Shown here piece after piece: positions 41,068 through 51,656 of a stretch of 64,000 bases of DNA. The notes beneath the pieces are model-generated. The model did not search any database. It was not told the origin of the DNA and was given only the letters and a program-made list of their open reading frames with translations. The position numbers and the translations under genes were made by a program. Source of the DNA: a virus (lineage: Duplodnaviria; Caudoviricetes); IMG/VR virus record IMGVR_UViG_3300029305_003259, positions 32,001 through 96,000 of that record; one strand, 5' to 3'. How positions within the stretch are numbered: the stretch's first letter is position 1; each line of letters begins with the position of its first letter.

Positions 41068-42528
41068 TTGATGGCTGTATACCAAAAAAAGTTTATGTTA
41101 AATAATCGTAGTAATACCGATTTTGGACTTATTGTTTGCGCAATTTCTCCAGATGATGGTGAAACCGATAGTTACTTAACTGTCGAGTCTGTATATACGG
41201 AAAGTTTTGACGGAAGCAGAAGACATGATTATGGTGCAAAATATACGGAAACAGCAGTTCTATATATTACAATGCTGAAAAATAATTATGCAGATTTTAC
41301 TAAAAAAGAATTAAGAGAAACTTTAGACTGGTTAACCGGATTGCGCAAAGTATCATGGTTAGATTTGTATAATGATGATAGTGGCGAAATATCATTTTCA
41401 TTTCTTGGCCGTGTAACCGATGTTAAGTTGCAAAAATTAGATGCCAGAGTAGTGGGACTGAATGTTGAATTTACATCTGTTAGTCCATGGGCATATTCAG
41501 GTATTAATCACAATGAAATGTCATTGGACGGGAATGCCACAAGATACTCAATTTGCAATGGTTCGGATGAAATAGGTGTTTATGTATATCCAAATGTTAC
41601 TTTCATTAATAAAATTGCAAATGGAACTTTAAAAATTATGAATTATACAACTGGAGAAGAGACTATTCTTCGTAATTTGGGAATGAATGAAGTTGTTAAG
41701 TTAGACAGTAATAAGACAATTTATTCAGATAAGCCAATGAAAATTTTTGGCGATGACTTTAATTTTAATTGGTTAAGATTCGCACAGGGATATAATCATA
41801 TAGAGATTACCGGTATAGGACATCTTACTATTGAACACAGAGATATTATGAAGGTTGCGGATGCATTTGATGATAACTGGGATATGAATACAAATCCTGC
41901 GGCAATGAATTTATTATTGCGTACTAAGGTAGATCTGCCAGCATCAAATTGGACTTATGTTAATACCGCACCTGGCGTTATTACTACGTATTCTCAGCCA
42001 GTAAATTATTTGAATGTTACAAGCAATTCTATGATTAATCTTCAGGCAAATGAACAACAAACACTGGACTTACAGGCTTCCGATATAGAAATCCAAATAG
42101 TGAATGACAATGGTGATGTTACCGCTTTTGCATATGGCGGAGCACCAGTAATAGACTATGTCTTTCAGGCCACTATAGAAGAGACAAATGTAGATATATC
42201 TCATCGTTATGATATCGTTCATTTATATGCTAACGGATGGACTGGTCAGGGGAGCGTATATACGCAACCAGTTTATATTAAAGATATGACTAAGAATTCC
42301 ATCATTGATTTAGATTTGTCCGATGTACAAATTGCAAAACTTGAAGGTTCAGAAACAACTTTATTAGTAACTAATGATAATGGTACTGCCATTGCTTATG
42401 CTTTAGGATTTAAACCCGATGAAGATTATCATGTCAATGTCATTATTACAGAAACAACAGACGATGTAGCTTTGGCTAGAGCCGCATTGGACGATGGACT
42501 AATTTATGCTGAACCATTACCATTTTAA
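41068..42528 (+). CDS. Distal tail protein (Dit) with two extra C-terminal beta repeats
   Basis: First gene after TMP; S.DFGL.V, WL, F...SPWAY, FNFNWLR...GYN.I motifs. Confidence 0.7.
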   Translation: MMAVYQKKFMLNNRSNTDFGLIVCAISPDDGETDSYLTVESVYTESFDGSRRHDYGAKYTETAVLYITMLKNNYADFTKKELRETLDWLTGLRKVSWLDLYNDDSGEISFSFLGRVTDVKLQKLDARVVGLNVEFTSVSPWAYSGINHNEMSLDGNATRYSICNGSDEIGVYVYPNVTFINKIANGTLKIMNYTTGEETILRNLGMNEVVKLDSNKTIYSDKPMKIFGDDFNFNWLRFAQGYNHIEITGIGHLTIEHRDIMKVADAFDDNWDMNTNPAAMNLLLRTKVDLPASNWTYVNTAPGVITTYSQPVNYLNVTSNSMINLQANEQQTLDLQASDIEIQIVNDNGDVTAFAYGGAPVIDYVFQATIEETNVDISHRYDIVHLYANGWTGQGSVYTQPVYIKDMTKNSIIDLDLSDVQIAKLEGSETTLLVTNDNGTAIAYALGFKPDEDYHVNVIITETTDDVALARAALDDGLIYAEPLPF

Positions 42529-42542
42529 AGTAGTTAGGAGGT

Positions 42543-45149
42543 GTGTTTCATTTGAGACTGCCAAAAAATTTATTATCAGATACATATAGGCCACCAGCTG
42601 TTTATTTATGCCAAACAAATAAGGATCGTATAGGCGAACTGATAGTCAATGATTTTAACGGCACATTCAAGTGGAACGCCTATAGCGATATTTCTTTCAG
42701 TATTGATAGAGAATATTGCGATATCACACAGGGAAATGTAACTGTTAATCCATATTATGACTTAGTAGAGGCTTTAAGGCTTGTTGAAGTTGAAGGATTT
42801 GGATTTTTCCAATTACAAGATCCTGATATTGAAAGCGATGGTATTAAAGAAATTAAAAACATTAATGCCAATTCACTTGAATATGATTTATCAAATCGTT
42901 ATCTTGAAAATTTTATTATAAACAAGGGCATTGCAGGTAGTATTGATGGCGTTCAATTGTATAAACAAAGCGACGCATCTCATTCATTGTTGCATCTTAT
43001 AATAGCGGAAAAGTGTCCTGACTGGAAAATTGGACATGTTGATGCTACATTAGCTATGCAAAGACGTTCTTTTGAAATTGATAGGGAATCCGTATATGAC
43101 TTTTTAATGAATGAAATGGCGCCTACATTCAAATGTGTTGTCATTTTTGATACATTTAATAATACGATTAATATCTATGATGAAGAGAGCGCTGGAGATG
43201 ATACTGACGTTCTTGTTACATTCGAGAATCTTGCCAATGAAATCAATGTAAAATATTCTGCCGATGATATTAAAACCGTACTTACAGTCTCTGGTGCTGA
43301 AGATCTGAGCATCAGAGAAGTAAATTATGGATTGCCGTATATTACCGACTTATCTTATTACCATACAGTAGAGTGGATGGGCGAACATTTATATAATGCA
43401 TACAGTGATTATCTGCAGGTTTTAGCAAGCAACCAGCAATTATATCTTAATGCCGCAGCAGAAGTACGTAGATTAAATGATATTCTTACCGATTTACGAA
43501 ATCGTGTAGGAGAAAATATTAATGCACTTAAACTAAATCATTTTTCTCAATTCCTCGTATATTATTATAGGGATAACAAAATAGATGCTGAGAAAATGGA
43601 AACATTGGATTCAGATTTTGCATATTTAGATGATGCAGATTGGTTATCATTTAAGATGACATTATCTGACCCTGATGCTACCGACAATGATAAAGAAAAT
43701 GCAATCATGGATATATTGGCAATTATATGGGAAGATTATGGTTTAAATAATTTAAAAATTTATGAATCTTCTTATAAGGAAGTTCAGACAGCTCAAACCA
43801 GTAATGGAATGTCGGACCCTGCTAATGACACATATTATCAGTATCATGCTAATTTTATGATGCTTGATTCGTGTCAAAAAGCAATTTCTGTCAGAGAGGC
43901 TTCTATTAATGTTGCGCAATCACAACTCGATGCAGTAAATAAAGAGATTGATAAAATAACTGAAAAGGTAGCAATGAAAAATAACTTTGCACAAGAAGAT
44001 ATTATTCGACTTGCTCCTTTTTTGCGTGAAGATGAATATAATGATGATAATTTCGTAGTGACCGATATTGATACGGACAAAGAAATACAAGAAATTCAGG
44101 CCGAGTTATTGAAAGCAGGTTCTGTTGAATTACACAAATTGAGTCAACCGAAATTGTCATTCTCTACATCTATTGCTAATATCTTTGCATTGGACGAATT
44201 TGCAAATATCATTCATCAATTCCAATTAGGCAACTTAATTAAAGTTGAGTTAAGACCTGATTATATTAAAAAGTCACGTCTTATGGAAGTACAGATCAAT
44301 TTCCACGATCTTAGTGATTTCGGAGTAACATTTGGAGACTTATTATCTGTGAGAGATGAATCAGATATTCATGCTGATTTATTAGCGAATGCTATTAGTG
44401 CAGGTAAGAGCGTTGCACGTAATTCTTCTAATTGGCAAAAGGGCTCGGCTACTGCTAGTTCTATACAGGACGCTATTAACCAGGGATTGCTTGATGCGGC
44501 CACTGAGATTAAAGCTATGGATGGGACTCAATCTGTAAGCATGGACAAATATGGAATACATTTAAAGAAAATAGAAGATGGAGTTGTGAGTCCAGAACAA
44601 GGTTGGATTGTTTCAAATAAATTCTTATATACCAACGATAACTGGAAAACAACCAAGGCCGTATTCGGTAAATATACTCATAATGGCGAAGAAAAATGGG
44701 GAGTGATTTCCGAGGCACTTATCGGTGGTTACGTACAAGGTACAGAAATCGAAGGTGGCAGTCTCAAAATCGGAGACCGTGGAGATGGGACTTATGCATT
44801 AGTAGTAAACTCCGATGGTACTGTCCAAATTAATGCTTGGGGCGGAGAATTAGCTGATACTATTACAAGCATTGAGTCAACTGCATATGATGCAATTGTA
44901 AGCACTTCTACTACACCTATTTTCAATGAAAGTGTACAATCTACTGTATTAACATGTACTGTATATCAAAATAATAATGAAGTTTCTCCAGACGGAGCCA
45001 CGTATAGTTGGATTAGAACATCGACCGATCCTACTGGAGATGCTGCATGGAATGCGGTGCATGCAAATTTAACAACAAATACTTTAACCATCACAGGGGA
45101 TGATATTGAGCATAGTGCCCAATTCTCCTGTAATGTAAATATTCCTTAA
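42543..45149 (+). CDS. Baseplate hub/Tal-like (phage tail endopeptidase-type) protein
   Basis: Position after Dit; W.IG.VD, FDT.N.TIN, LGNLIKV...R..E..I motifs; coiled-coil insert; C-terminal Ig-like domain. Confidence 0.7.
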   Translation: MFHLRLPKNLLSDTYRPPAVYLCQTNKDRIGELIVNDFNGTFKWNAYSDISFSIDREYCDITQGNVTVNPYYDLVEALRLVEVEGFGFFQLQDPDIESDGIKEIKNINANSLEYDLSNRYLENFIINKGIAGSIDGVQLYKQSDASHSLLHLIIAEKCPDWKIGHVDATLAMQRRSFEIDRESVYDFLMNEMAPTFKCVVIFDTFNNTINIYDEESAGDDTDVLVTFENLANEINVKYSADDIKTVLTVSGAEDLSIREVNYGLPYITDLSYYHTVEWMGEHLYNAYSDYLQVLASNQQLYLNAAAEVRRLNDILTDLRNRVGENINALKLNHFSQFLVYYYRDNKIDAEKMETLDSDFAYLDDADWLSFKMTLSDPDATDNDKENAIMDILAIIWEDYGLNNLKIYESSYKEVQTAQTSNGMSDPANDTYYQYHANFMMLDSCQKAISVREASINVAQSQLDAVNKEIDKITEKVAMKNNFAQEDIIRLAPFLREDEYNDDNFVVTDIDTDKEIQEIQAELLKAGSVELHKLSQPKLSFSTSIANIFALDEFANIIHQFQLGNLIKVELRPDYIKKSRLMEVQINFHDLSDFGVTFGDLLSVRDESDIHADLLANAISAGKSVARNSSNWQKGSATASSIQDAINQGLLDAATEIKAMDGTQSVSMDKYGIHLKKIEDGVVSPEQGWIVSNKFLYTNDNWKTTKAVFGKYTHNGEEKWGVISEALIGGYVQGTEIEGGSLKIGDRGDGTYALVVNSDGTVQINAWGGELADTITSIESTAYDAIVSTSTTPIFNESVQSTVLTCTVYQNNNEVSPDGATYSWIRTSTDPTGDAAWNAVHANLTTNTLTITGDDIEHSAQFSCNVNIP

Positions 45150-45161
45150 GGAGGTGGCAGA

Positions 45162-48100
45162 ATGCCAATTATTAAATCGGCTCCTATGACAGTTATTGAT
45201 AGTTCTTCAAGCGTCAATCTTGAACTGTTTGTAGCGAGCAATTTACCTACTTCTCAAATTATGAAATCAAGTGGCGCTGTCACTCCCTCTTGGGTAGATA
45301 CACCATTAGTATTAGAGCCATCTGCATATGTTAGCAATACATTGGTTTCTAATCCTAATATTACATGGCAAAGACGTTCTGGTGCAGGAGAATATACTGC
45401 TTTGATTGCCGGGGAATCCGTGGCTAATGGTGTATTAACAGTTAATCAAAATTTATTGACCAAAGACGCAAACGGCATAATTACATATAAATGTACTGTT
45501 ACTTACGGAGCAATTACAAGATTTACCGAAGTTACATATACTTTAAATATAGCTGGAATAGATGGGAAAGATGGTTCTAGTGTAAGTATTATTGGAACTG
45601 CATATGTTGCGGAATCTATTACAGAATGTGTTATTGGTCAAAATTATACATTATATTCTGATCCAGAATTGACAATACAAATTACTGGCCCAGAACTTGG
45701 CGATGGATATTTAGTCCAAGGTCACTTGTTTACGTATAGCGGCGCTGCAAATGATCAGTTTAACTGCGTTGGAAGTATTCAAGGCGTTGGTATTACATCT
45801 ATCACTGGGCCAGTATCGAATGGTGAAGTTGATACATATACAATTCATTATTCTGATGGAACCACCACTACTTATGATGTTGTAAATGGTAAGTCTGTTT
45901 TTGTAACTTATCATGACAGTATTGAAATGCCAGCATTTCCTGTTGGAGATGGTACTACAGGTGGTTGGCATACAGAGATGACTACTAACTCCGTGTGGAT
46001 GAGTCAAAAGGTGGCGGATTCCAGTATAAATGGCACTTGGGGTGCCCCAGTTAGATTCAAAGGTATTGATGGTAAAGGAATTTTGGCCACAAATGTTTCT
46101 TACCAAGCTTCAACCTCTGGAGCAACTGTTCCTACTGGTAATTGGCAAACCACTATTCCATATGTCGGACAAGGACAATATTTATGGACTAGAATTACAA
46201 CCGTGTATACTGATGATTCAAGTATAGATGCATATAGCGTTGGGCGTATTGGCGAGAATGGAGTAAATGGTAGTTCTGGTAGAGGAATTAAATCTACTGT
46301 AATTCATTACAAGGCACATACAAGTGGCACTTCTGCGCCTACTGGTATTTGGTCTACTACTATACCAGATGTTCCCGCAGACCAATATCTGTGGACTAGA
46401 ACAACTATTGTTTATACTGATGATACAGAGACTGCTTCATATAATGTTGGTAAAATAGGTAAAAACGGTTACGATGCACTATCAGTTATTCTTACAAATG
46501 ATACGTATACATTTGCTGGAACAACGAGTGCGGCAATAGCAGATAGTGTTACATGTAATGTTCTTGCTTATAGCGGTGCGTCTCAAGTTGCCGCAACTAT
46601 AGGAGCTATTACAGGTGCTCCGGTTGGTATGAGTGTTAATATTTTAAATAATGGCACTAATAATGCTAACTTTACAGTATCGGTTGCGTCTAATATGAGA
46701 ACTGCAAGCGGATTTTTAACTGTTCCAGTTACAGTAGGAGCCAATACATTTAATAAGACATTCTCATATGCAATAGCTTTTAAAGGAGCTACTGGAGCAA
46801 AGGGAAATGATGGTGTTGTATTTAATATATATTCAGAAGATGGTTTTGTTTTCCATAAGGAGCAGGACGTCTTAACGTTGCAGCTTCAAAAAATGTATGG
46901 ATCTGCGCCAATAGCAATTGGAGGCTCTACTAGTGTTCAATGGAGCAAATTTGTAAATGGACAATGGATTACAACTTGGAAATATGATAGTGGTAATACC
47001 GATAATGTTGTTACGAATGCCGAAACTCTAATCGTTAGACATGAGGAAATTAATGGTTCGCAATTATATAAATGTGTCCTTACATATGGCGGTGTAACAT
47101 ATACTGATGTTGTTACAATTACTGATAAACTAGATGCTTATCAGTCACAAATTATAGCAATCGGAGGAACGGTTCTTACTGGTGGAGATATGGGTGTAGT
47201 GGCTTACGCAGTAGTATTCCATGACACTACCGAAGAAGACCCATTGTTGTATCCGATTTATGAAGAAGGTACTACGCCAGTTGCTAATGCGACATATTAT
47301 ATTGTAGATGACGGCAAAGTTTCTATGAAAACATATGCCAATGGAGCGTGGGCCTTAAATGAGACAGTGCAACAAGATTATAATTATAGCTGGTTTATAT
47401 TAGACCAATATACTGGTGAAGAACATGAAATAGGAAGCGGTAAGGTAGTATATATTTCTAGCGATGCAATATCTTCTTCTGGTATCGTACAATGTCGCAT
47501 CAACGATATATCAATGTGTACTGAAGTTTTTTCTGATGCAAATGACCCAATTGTTGGTGCAGAAACTCCTTTGTCTACATCGGAAGGACAGCTGTGGTAT
47601 AACACAAATGATAATGTTTTATATGCTTATAATTCTGAAAAGGGAGAATATGTAGCAGTAAACAATGGTAAGAGCCGCACATATTTAACAGCCCCAGTGA
47701 CAATATCGGAAGGTTATTATTATCATAAAGGAGATTTATGGATCGTTAATGATAGTGATTCGTCATATACCGATGCGTCTGTTGGTTCCATACTTATTGC
47801 AGTAAATGACTTTATCAGTGGCGGTGGCTCATGGGATGCTGCAACATGGAAGGGAAGACTTGCTAATGACTGGGAAGATAAACTTTATTATGATCAGAAA
47901 TTAAATGAGATTTTAGATTATCAATCTAAGCTCTATGCATATTTTGATTATCAAATTGATGGCTTAAAGATTGGTGCTACTAATACCGAGTTCTATACCA
48001 AAGTAACTCCTTATGATTTAGGGTTTTATCAGGGCGTTGAAAAGGTTGCTTATATTAATAACAACAAAATGTACAATACTTCGCTGGAAGTATCTAATGA

Positions 48101-48569
48101 TGTGCAAATTGTTAATCATCGAAGCGACACCCAGCCAAATCCGCCAAAGCCATATTTAAATTTGGGAAATTATAAGTTTATTATTGAAGAAAACAACAGT
48201 CTATCAATTGCATACACACTTATTAATGCGCCAATTCCAAGTATTAGCAATTATGGCGTATTTAATTCATATATTAACCTATTTTTCGAGCCATGGTCTA
48301 CGCAAAATAGTTATGGTTACGTATCTTCGCATAATACAACTGAAAAAGATAATATTATTGTAACTGATTTGGATGGCAATGTTATATCTACAACTGTTGC
48401 AACTGGACGTGGTTATTTGCAGGTTAAAGCAACTTCATTCCCTGATACCGTTATTGTTCATGTGCCAGCACGTTCAGTATATAATAAAGGAGTCGCTGGC
48501 AATACATTAGGATATGATACGGTCGAGTCTCCTAATGATGCGATAACATTAACATTAAATAAAACTTAA
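45162..48569 (+). CDS. Minor tail/central fibre protein
   Basis: G..G.GI.S....Y....SG...PTG.W.TT.P.V...QYLWTR unit repeated twice; short GxxG spacers; Ig-like modules. Confidence 0.7.
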   Translation: MPIIKSAPMTVIDSSSSVNLELFVASNLPTSQIMKSSGAVTPSWVDTPLVLEPSAYVSNTLVSNPNITWQRRSGAGEYTALIAGESVANGVLTVNQNLLTKDANGIITYKCTVTYGAITRFTEVTYTLNIAGIDGKDGSSVSIIGTAYVAESITECVIGQNYTLYSDPELTIQITGPELGDGYLVQGHLFTYSGAANDQFNCVGSIQGVGITSITGPVSNGEVDTYTIHYSDGTTTTYDVVNGKSVFVTYHDSIEMPAFPVGDGTTGGWHTEMTTNSVWMSQKVADSSINGTWGAPVRFKGIDGKGILATNVSYQASTSGATVPTGNWQTTIPYVGQGQYLWTRITTVYTDDSSIDAYSVGRIGENGVNGSSGRGIKSTVIHYKAHTSGTSAPTGIWSTTIPDVPADQYLWTRTTIVYTDDTETASYNVGKIGKNGYDALSVILTNDTYTFAGTTSAAIADSVTCNVLAYSGASQVAATIGAITGAPVGMSVNILNNGTNNANFTVSVASNMRTASGFLTVPVTVGANTFNKTFSYAIAFKGATGAKGNDGVVFNIYSEDGFVFHKEQDVLTLQLQKMYGSAPIAIGGSTSVQWSKFVNGQWITTWKYDSGNTDNVVTNAETLIVRHEEINGSQLYKCVLTYGGVTYTDVVTITDKLDAYQSQIIAIGGTVLTGGDMGVVAYAVVFHDTTEEDPLLYPIYEEGTTPVANATYYIVDDGKVSMKTYANGAWALNETVQQDYNYSWFILDQYTGEEHEIGSGKVVYISSDAISSSGIVQCRINDISMCTEVFSDANDPIVGAETPLSTSEGQLWYNTNDNVLYAYNSEKGEYVAVNNGKSRTYLTAPVTISEGYYYHKGDLWIVNDSDSSYTDASVGSILIAVNDFISGGGSWDAATWKGRLANDWEDKLYYDQKLNEILDYQSKLYAYFDYQIDGLKIGATNTEFYTKVTPYDLGFYQGVEKVAYINNNKMYNTSLEVSNDVQIVNHRSDTQPNPPKPYLNLGNYKFIIEENNSLSIAYTLINAPIPSISNYGVFNSYINLFFEPWSTQNSYGYVSSHNTTEKDNIIVTDLDGNVISTTVATGRGYLQVKATSFPDTVIVHVPARSVYNKGVAGNTLGYDTVESPNDAITLTLNKT

Positions 48570-48583
48570 AGGAGGTGTCATAG

Positions 48584-50749
48584 ATGGCAACAAGTGGATC
48601 TTTTACTACTACTTCTTATGAGGGTAGAAGTTTAACCTTTTCATGGAATAGAACAACTTATAGTGTAGCCAATAATACATCTACAATTGCATGGTCTGTT
48701 AAAGGTAGCGGATCTTATACTGGCGGATGGGTTACATGCGGAGATATTGATGTGGTCGTCAATGGCACCACTGTATATAATAGTTCTGCAGAAAGTCGTA
48801 TTAATGTTTGGAGTGGAGATGTTGTAGCTAGTGGTACGATGACAATTGCGCACGATGCAAATGGTAATAAAACATTCTCTGCAAGCGTCAAAGCTGCTGT
48901 TTATAACTATGCGCAAAATGTTAGTGGAAGCAGCAACTTCTCTCTTAATAATATTCCTAGAGCTGCCAGTATTGATAAAGTCGCAAACACTGGTGGGGCC
49001 TCTATTACATCTCTTGGAACAGGTAACGCAGTTAGGGTTTATTTTACTCCAAAATCTACCGCATTTAAATATCGTGTTACTGTTTCTATGAATGGCGAAT
49101 GGGTTCAAAATGATGGATCTGGTGTATCAGTTTCTTCTACTTCTCAAACTTATTATCAATCTGGAGTTATCCCACATAGTTGGATTCCAAATGCTACGTC
49201 TGGCACTTTAACATGTAAACTTGAAACATTAAATGGGACAACTGTTATTGGTACAAGCACTAAGACAATTACAATGACTGTTCCATCATCTGTAGTTCCA
49301 ACAATTTCTAGTCTGACCGTTGCGCCTTATAATACAAATAGTGTAATTAATGGTTGGGGAATATATGTAGCGAATTATTCAAAGGCGAGATTATCCTGTG
49401 CAGCATCCGGTAGCGGAGGCTCTACTATTAAAAAATTTACTATTAGCAATGCAGCGTCTGCAACAATAAACGGAGCATCAATGTCATATGATGCAACTTT
49501 AAATAGCGGTGGGTCGAAAACATTTACAGTTGTGGCAACAGATAGTCGTGGCAGAAATAGTGCAGCTAAATCTGTAGCTATTAATGTTGTAAATTATTAT
49601 ACTCCAGCTATAGCCTCATTTGATGTTATACGTACCGATGCTTCAGGCAACGCAAGTGATAGCGGCACTGCGGCAAAACTATCATTCTCTGGAACATATA
49701 CAAATATTGGAGCTAATGGAGCAACAGCTAAATTTTTCTATAAGCTTTCTACTGCATCTGGATATACTGCAATCAGTACTACATCTGCTGGATCTGGTGG
49801 CAAAGTTAATGGCGGTATAGTGGTAAATAACGTAACTTTTGCCACCGCTAGTGAATATGATTTCCAAATGCAAATTACTGACTCAATGGGCAATACTGTA
49901 TCTAGGACTGTTAGACTTGGCACTGTAACTAGAACTATGAATATTGCTAAATTTGGCAATGGTGTAGCTATTGGTAAAATGTCGACCATCACAGCTTCAA
50001 ATAGCGCAGGTAAATTTGAATGTGGTTGGGATGCAGATTTTGATAAGAATGTTAATATCGATGGAAAAATTGATGTAACAGGAGTTGCCAATCTTAAAGG
50101 AAATACAACTATTTCTGGCACAACACATATAAATGCATCTACTAATATGAATTCAAATGCATTTTTAAAGGGCCACTTATATATGGGTGGTAACTTTGAA
50201 AGTACTGGCGAAAAACATGTCAAATTTAATACTATTGCCGATGGTACATACCCTCATAATGTTTATTTATATGGAGGAAATCCAGACTCAGTAGTAGCAA
50301 TAGGGTGTTATGATGCTAAAAATACTAGAACTGTTTTTACATATGATGACACTGGTAATACATTTAGAATAGGAAATGGCTCTTGTAATATTAATTTTAA
50401 TGGTAGTAATTTAAAAGATTTTATTGTAGAGCAAGGAACAAGTGGATCGTGGTTTTATCGTAAATGGTTTAGCGGTGTTTCTGAGTGTTGGGGAACTCTT
50501 GCTGGAACATTAAGTTATTATACTACGATAAATTCATTTTATGCTTACGAGGGTTCGGTAAGTTTTCCGGGCATATTTATTGCCGTACCTAATGTTCAAT
50601 TTCAACCATACATAGGTAATGGATTTGCCATTCCTGCTCGAGGTGTTATATCTACTGCAACACAATGTAAATGGGTAGCGTTATCAAATGTCGGAACTGC
50701 CAATACTTCTGTTAAGGTAGATGTCTATGCTTTTGGTAAATGGAAATAA
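48584..50749 (+). CDS. Minor structural protein (DUF859/Gp37-like)
   Basis: MATSG, HDANG.K, IPRA.S, VP.I, TDSRGR, GVAIGK motifs; C-terminal W.YRKW.SG..ECWG fibre-tip motif. Confidence 0.75.
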   Translation: MATSGSFTTTSYEGRSLTFSWNRTTYSVANNTSTIAWSVKGSGSYTGGWVTCGDIDVVVNGTTVYNSSAESRINVWSGDVVASGTMTIAHDANGNKTFSASVKAAVYNYAQNVSGSSNFSLNNIPRAASIDKVANTGGASITSLGTGNAVRVYFTPKSTAFKYRVTVSMNGEWVQNDGSGVSVSSTSQTYYQSGVIPHSWIPNATSGTLTCKLETLNGTTVIGTSTKTITMTVPSSVVPTISSLTVAPYNTNSVINGWGIYVANYSKARLSCAASGSGGSTIKKFTISNAASATINGASMSYDATLNSGGSKTFTVVATDSRGRNSAAKSVAINVVNYYTPAIASFDVIRTDASGNASDSGTAAKLSFSGTYTNIGANGATAKFFYKLSTASGYTAISTTSAGSGGKVNGGIVVNNVTFATASEYDFQMQITDSMGNTVSRTVRLGTVTRTMNIAKFGNGVAIGKMSTITASNSAGKFECGWDADFDKNVNIDGKIDVTGVANLKGNTTISGTTHINASTNMNSNAFLKGHLYMGGNFESTGEKHVKFNTIADGTYPHNVYLYGGNPDSVVAIGCYDAKNTRTVFTYDDTGNTFRIGNGSCNINFNGSNLKDFIVEQGTSGSWFYRKWFSGVSECWGTLAGTLSYYTTINSFYAYEGSVSFPGIFIAVPNVQFQPYIGNGFAIPARGVISTATQCKWVALSNVGTANTSVKVDVYAFGKWK

Positions 50750-50772
50750 ATAATGTTTGGAGGTGATGTATC

Positions 50773-51339
50773 TTGAAAGGACTTGAGCAATTTTTAAATT
50801 TGTTCGGCAATATGACGATATTACAAGTCGTAGAAATTATACTTACTATTGTTTTTCTTGTAACTTTATGGAAAAAAATAGAAAAGAATGCAAATGATCG
50901 CCATGATGCTGAACAAAGACGAGACGCAGAACTACAAGAAGCATTAGATGGCGTTCGTATGTATCCTAAATATAGAGAGCAAAGCATAGAAATACAGAAA
51001 CAACTTGAGAGTAAATTTGATGTTGTACACGAGATGTGTATTAACATTATAGATAGATTAGATAAAATGGAAGAAGCCCGTCGCGATAGCAAAAGAAAAG
51101 AGTTGCAAGCGACCTTATTACAAAACTACAGAATTTTTACTGACACAATAAAAAATCCTATGCAAGCATGGACTGAGATGGAGGCCAATGCATTCTGGGA
51201 GCAGTTCTCTGAATATGAGGACAATGGCGGAAATGGACATATGCATACAATTGTTCAGCCAGCAATGAATAAACTTATGGTCATCAGTATGTCAGACCAT
51301 GAGAAGTTATATGAATTGATGCATAGTAGAAAATTATAA
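50773..51339 (+). CDS. Membrane-anchored hypothetical protein (holin/lysis-accessory-like)
   Basis: One N-terminal TM helix, coiled coil, Y...GGNG.M motif; last gene of the late operon. Confidence 0.55.
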   Translation: MKGLEQFLNLFGNMTILQVVEIILTIVFLVTLWKKIEKNANDRHDAEQRRDAELQEALDGVRMYPKYREQSIEIQKQLESKFDVVHEMCINIIDRLDKMEEARRDSKRKELQATLLQNYRIFTDTIKNPMQAWTEMEANAFWEQFSEYEDNGGNGHMHTIVQPAMNKLMVISMSDHEKLYELMHSRKL

Positions 51340-51343
51340 TTTA

Positions 51344-51375
51344 AGGGGTAGCCTAACGGCTACCCCTCTTTTTTT
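51344..51375 (+). terminator. Intrinsic terminator ending the late arm
   Basis: AGGGGTAGCC-TAAC-GGCTACCCCT followed by CTTTTTTT. Confidence 0.85.
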
Positions 51376-51517
51376 GGTTTTCAAAATATTCCTTTATAAT
51401 AAATGTAATTAAATTATTTACAGATCTGTTTTGTCTAACAGCCTCCTTCTCTATTTCGAATTTTAAATCTCCTGGTATTCTTAAACTTAAAGTTTTAGTT
51501 CCTTCTTTCATGACCAT
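51353..51517 (-). CDS. Arc-family ribbon-helix-helix repressor, 54 aa (not in ORF track)
   Basis: Hand translation MVMKEGTKTLSLRIPGDLKFEIEKEAVRQNRSVNNLITFIIKEYFENQKKRGSR; L.LR.P..L...I...A....RS.N..I pattern; SD GAGGTG; consensus promoter upstream. Confidence 0.85.
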   Translation of the reverse strand: MVMKEGTKTLSLRIPGDLKFEIEKEAVRQNRSVNNLITFIIKEYFENQKKRGSR

Positions 51518-51536
51518 TATATATCACCTCGAAAAT

Positions 51537-51565
51537 ATTATAATAAATTTACAAAGTGATGTCAA
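51537..51565 (-). promoter_or_regulatory. sigmaA/70 promoter for the RHH gene
   Basis: TTGACA (51565-51560)-N17-TATAAT (51542-51537), exact consensus. Confidence 0.85.
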
Positions 51566-51571
51566 ATGTAG

Positions 51572-51601
51572 TTGACAAGAGTGCATTAAAGGTGCTATCA
51601 T
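51572..51601 (+). promoter_or_regulatory. sigmaA/70 promoter for the wHTH-tubulin operon
   Basis: TTGACA (51572-77)-N18-TATCAT with extended -10 TG. Confidence 0.7.
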
Positions 51602-51615
51602 AAATTCAAGGAAGT

Positions 51616-51635
51616 GATTGCACGTGTGTGCAATC
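51616..51635. promoter_or_regulatory. Inverted repeat, putative operator or leader hairpin
   Basis: GATTGCAC-GTGT-GTGCAATC just downstream of the + strand -10 box. Confidence 0.5.
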
Positions 51636-51656
51636 TTATGGAAGGGGAATGTATCA

